DNA from: Eledone cirrhosa
Taxonomy: Eukaryota
Assembly (NCBI GenBank): GCA_964016885.1
Contig: OZ024744.1
Span: 89,218,001-89,282,000 of the forward strand
DNA length: 64,000 nt
Reading direction: 5' to 3'
Positions 61,845-64,000 of this stretch are shown here, piece after piece (the first letter of the stretch is position 1; every line of letters begins with the position of its first letter). The notes beneath the pieces were generated by a model, which worked only from the letters and a program-made list of their open reading frames with translations, searched no databases and was not told the DNA's origin. Made by a program: the position numbers and the translations under genes.

Positions 61845-63790
61845 ATGTCTGCTGTCGTGTGACAACGGCGTAAAGGTTGAGAGGAGGGTTAGTGAAATTC
61901 ATACAACAAACACCACCACAAACAACGTGAACAAAGACAACACTGAGAACACTAATTTTACCACACCAACTACAACAATAACAGCGTCAACCAAAATACA
62001 GACAACAGAAAAAAATGATAACAAAGGGAACAATGATATTAACACCACTAACAAGAAAATAAACAACGACAACACCAACAACAACAATACAAATTGCACC
62101 GAAAACAACAACAACGGTGGCACCAAAAACACAACCAACCACAACAGTGATAACAGCAACAACACCAACAACACCGTTTGTAGCAGTAGCAACAGCAGCA
62201 GCACCAACAACAAGACCAGTAGCGGCAGCAATAATGGTGCCGCTGAAAAAGGGGCCACTTCTTTCGCAGGTGTGGCCCGAAATATAGAGACAGTGTTAGT
62301 CATGGAAGAGGAGATAGCAGTCGCAAGAACCATGGTGTCGAGAAACGACAATAGAGTTTCCCTGAAACCTCCACCCGATTTCTTCAAAGACAAGCAGCTG
62401 CGCACGGTGACTTACCGCACCGTAAACAAAATGTCACATCGGATGGAGAGAGCCACGGAGGCTCAAATCCAAAAGGTCTTGGGGTGCGTCTGGGTGGGCA
62501 AAACCCACATCACCCTAGGCAAAAAGTACGCCACAGTAGACGTACGTTTCGCCACCCCGCAAGCGGCGAAGTCTCACTCTTTGCAAACCCTAAAGAGTGA
62601 GGAGATAGTCTTAGTGCCCTCCTACTGCGAGTAGAAAATTGTGAGGGTCAAAGTGACCCAGATCCCGCCCGACGTGCCCATACCTTGGCTGGCCGCGTCT
62701 GTACTGGCTGGAATCGAGGTGAAGACCACCATACTGCAAATACAGAGAATGGGAAGAGAGAACTGGTTAGGAGTAGGCATGCAAATGCTAATACAGACTG
62801 ACCAGAAGTGTATCGAGGCCATCCCAGATATCATAGACCTCGAAGAAAGGCTCCAACCCCCTATAAGAGTGGAACGAAGGCGCCCAAAGTGCTATCTCTG
62901 TGGGCAGAAGGGTCACCCCAGGGTCTTCTGCCCGCAGAAGACAGCCAAGAAGAGGAGCTCCCCTCCTTCCGAGGCCTGATCCACTACTACCAAAAGCAGG
63001 GCAGGCAACAGAGGCAGAAGACCCTTCCATGGTGACTATGAGGGCAACGTCCGTGGCACCCATACCAAGGCCACGGACAACTAAAGCAGCGGCAGCAGTG
63101 GCGGCAACACCAACAGTCGCAGTAGATACACCGGAGGCAAAATCGCCGGAGCGGGCTCCAGTACCACCACCAACAGCAGTAGAGCTCATACCCCTCCCAG
63201 ACGTCATGGAATCTGACATGGAGTATTAGGCGAGTGGGAAGTGGCAAACGGTCTGCCCCAAAAAACAAAAGAGGAAAAAACCCTTAGCTTCATCCTTCAA
63301 AAGTGAAGGCAGACAAAGCGGGGTAAAGGCTGAAAGGAGACTTGCAGCAACACCACCACCATCACCATCACTACCACAATCATCACCACCAAGAACAACC
63401 AAAACACCACCAGCATCACCAAAAACACCAGCATCGCAAACACAACAAAACACACACACCCAACAGCAACAACAAGAGTACAGCAACAAAATCACCCCTC
63501 CCTCCAAAAAGTACACGGCCATAAACATGACAAATAAAGAACTCATACAAACATCACAGAAAAAAAATGACTACGCCCCATCAACACCAAGGACTCTCCC
63601 GACAAACATAAACATCATTGAAATCTCAATAGAACAGTACAAACTTTTTAAACAAAAATTCCCCAACGCAGTTGGAGACTTCAGAGGGTCGGTTACCAAG
63701 AGGATATACACTGACATCCTCTTGGAAATACCCATGACCAGCCAAAGGGACGGTTCTACTGTCCCTTCACCACACGATCAGGGTAAGTGA
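61845..63790 (+). pseudogene. ORF1 of a second Tx1/L1-type LINE (Asn/Thr-rich N-terminus, RRM-like region, CCHC knuckle, Pro-rich tail), disrupted
   Basis: CYLCGQKGHPRVFCP (CX2CX4HX4C); in-frame TAG at 62632 and 63227; frameshift near 62960; probable ATG at 61845 is one base out of frame; lies directly upstream of an APE start. Confidence 0.8.
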
Positions 63791-63822
63791 CCCTTTCTCA
63801 CTTGCCCCGTTTCTCATCCAAC

Positions 63823-64000
63823 ATGGCCGTACTTAGAATAGGCAGTATAAATGTACGTGGCCTAGGGTCATCTTGGAAGCAGGGTCACCTGCTCAACGAC
63901 CTGAAGCCACTAAACATAGATGTGGTGGCCATCAGTGAGACCAGAATCTAGGAAGCACGAGCCTTCGCACCGATCTTCGGCGGCTACGATGTATACGCAT
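63823..64000 (+). pseudogene. Start of ORF2 (APE endonuclease) of the second LINE; continues beyond the window
   Basis: MAVLRIGSINVRGLGSSWKQGHLLNDLKPLNIDVVAISETRI*EARAF: NVRGL and D...SET motifs; premature TAG at 63949-63951. Confidence 0.88.

Noticed and set aside
58843-63546. Antisense and alternate-frame ORFs over the LINEs, including the poly-His ORF at 63342
   Set aside because: Shadow frames of GC-richer LINE coding sequence.

Overview
Repeat-only eukaryotic DNA with no host protein-coding gene that I can support. The SINE family and microsatellite load suggest an invertebrate, probably an octopus (recalled similarity, not a search). Layout: 1-14.7 kb is a GT-rich ~20-bp satellite; 14.7-16.1 kb is a junction holding a 5'-truncated RLE-type retrotransposon fragment in (CATA)n and a SINE nested in an RTE-like repeat; 16.1-46.7 kb is a CA-rich 16-bp satellite with kb-scale tandem duplications (8,722 and 3,009 bp); 46.7-58.2 kb is a cluster of Penelope-like elements (RT + GIY-YIG) and remnants in inverted-repeat form; 58.6-64 kb holds two head-to-tail Tx1/L1-type LINEs. 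The main unannotated signal is hammerhead ribozyme (HHR) motifs: four outward-facing inverted pairs, one solo minimal HHR, and five copies of a ~280-bp cassette inside the 16-bp satellite whose minus strand carries a split, circularly permuted HHR closing a ~140-nt nested hairpin (retrozyme/circRNA-like). All RNA folds were paired by eye and activity is untested. The long His/Thr/Tyr ORFs are satellite artefacts.
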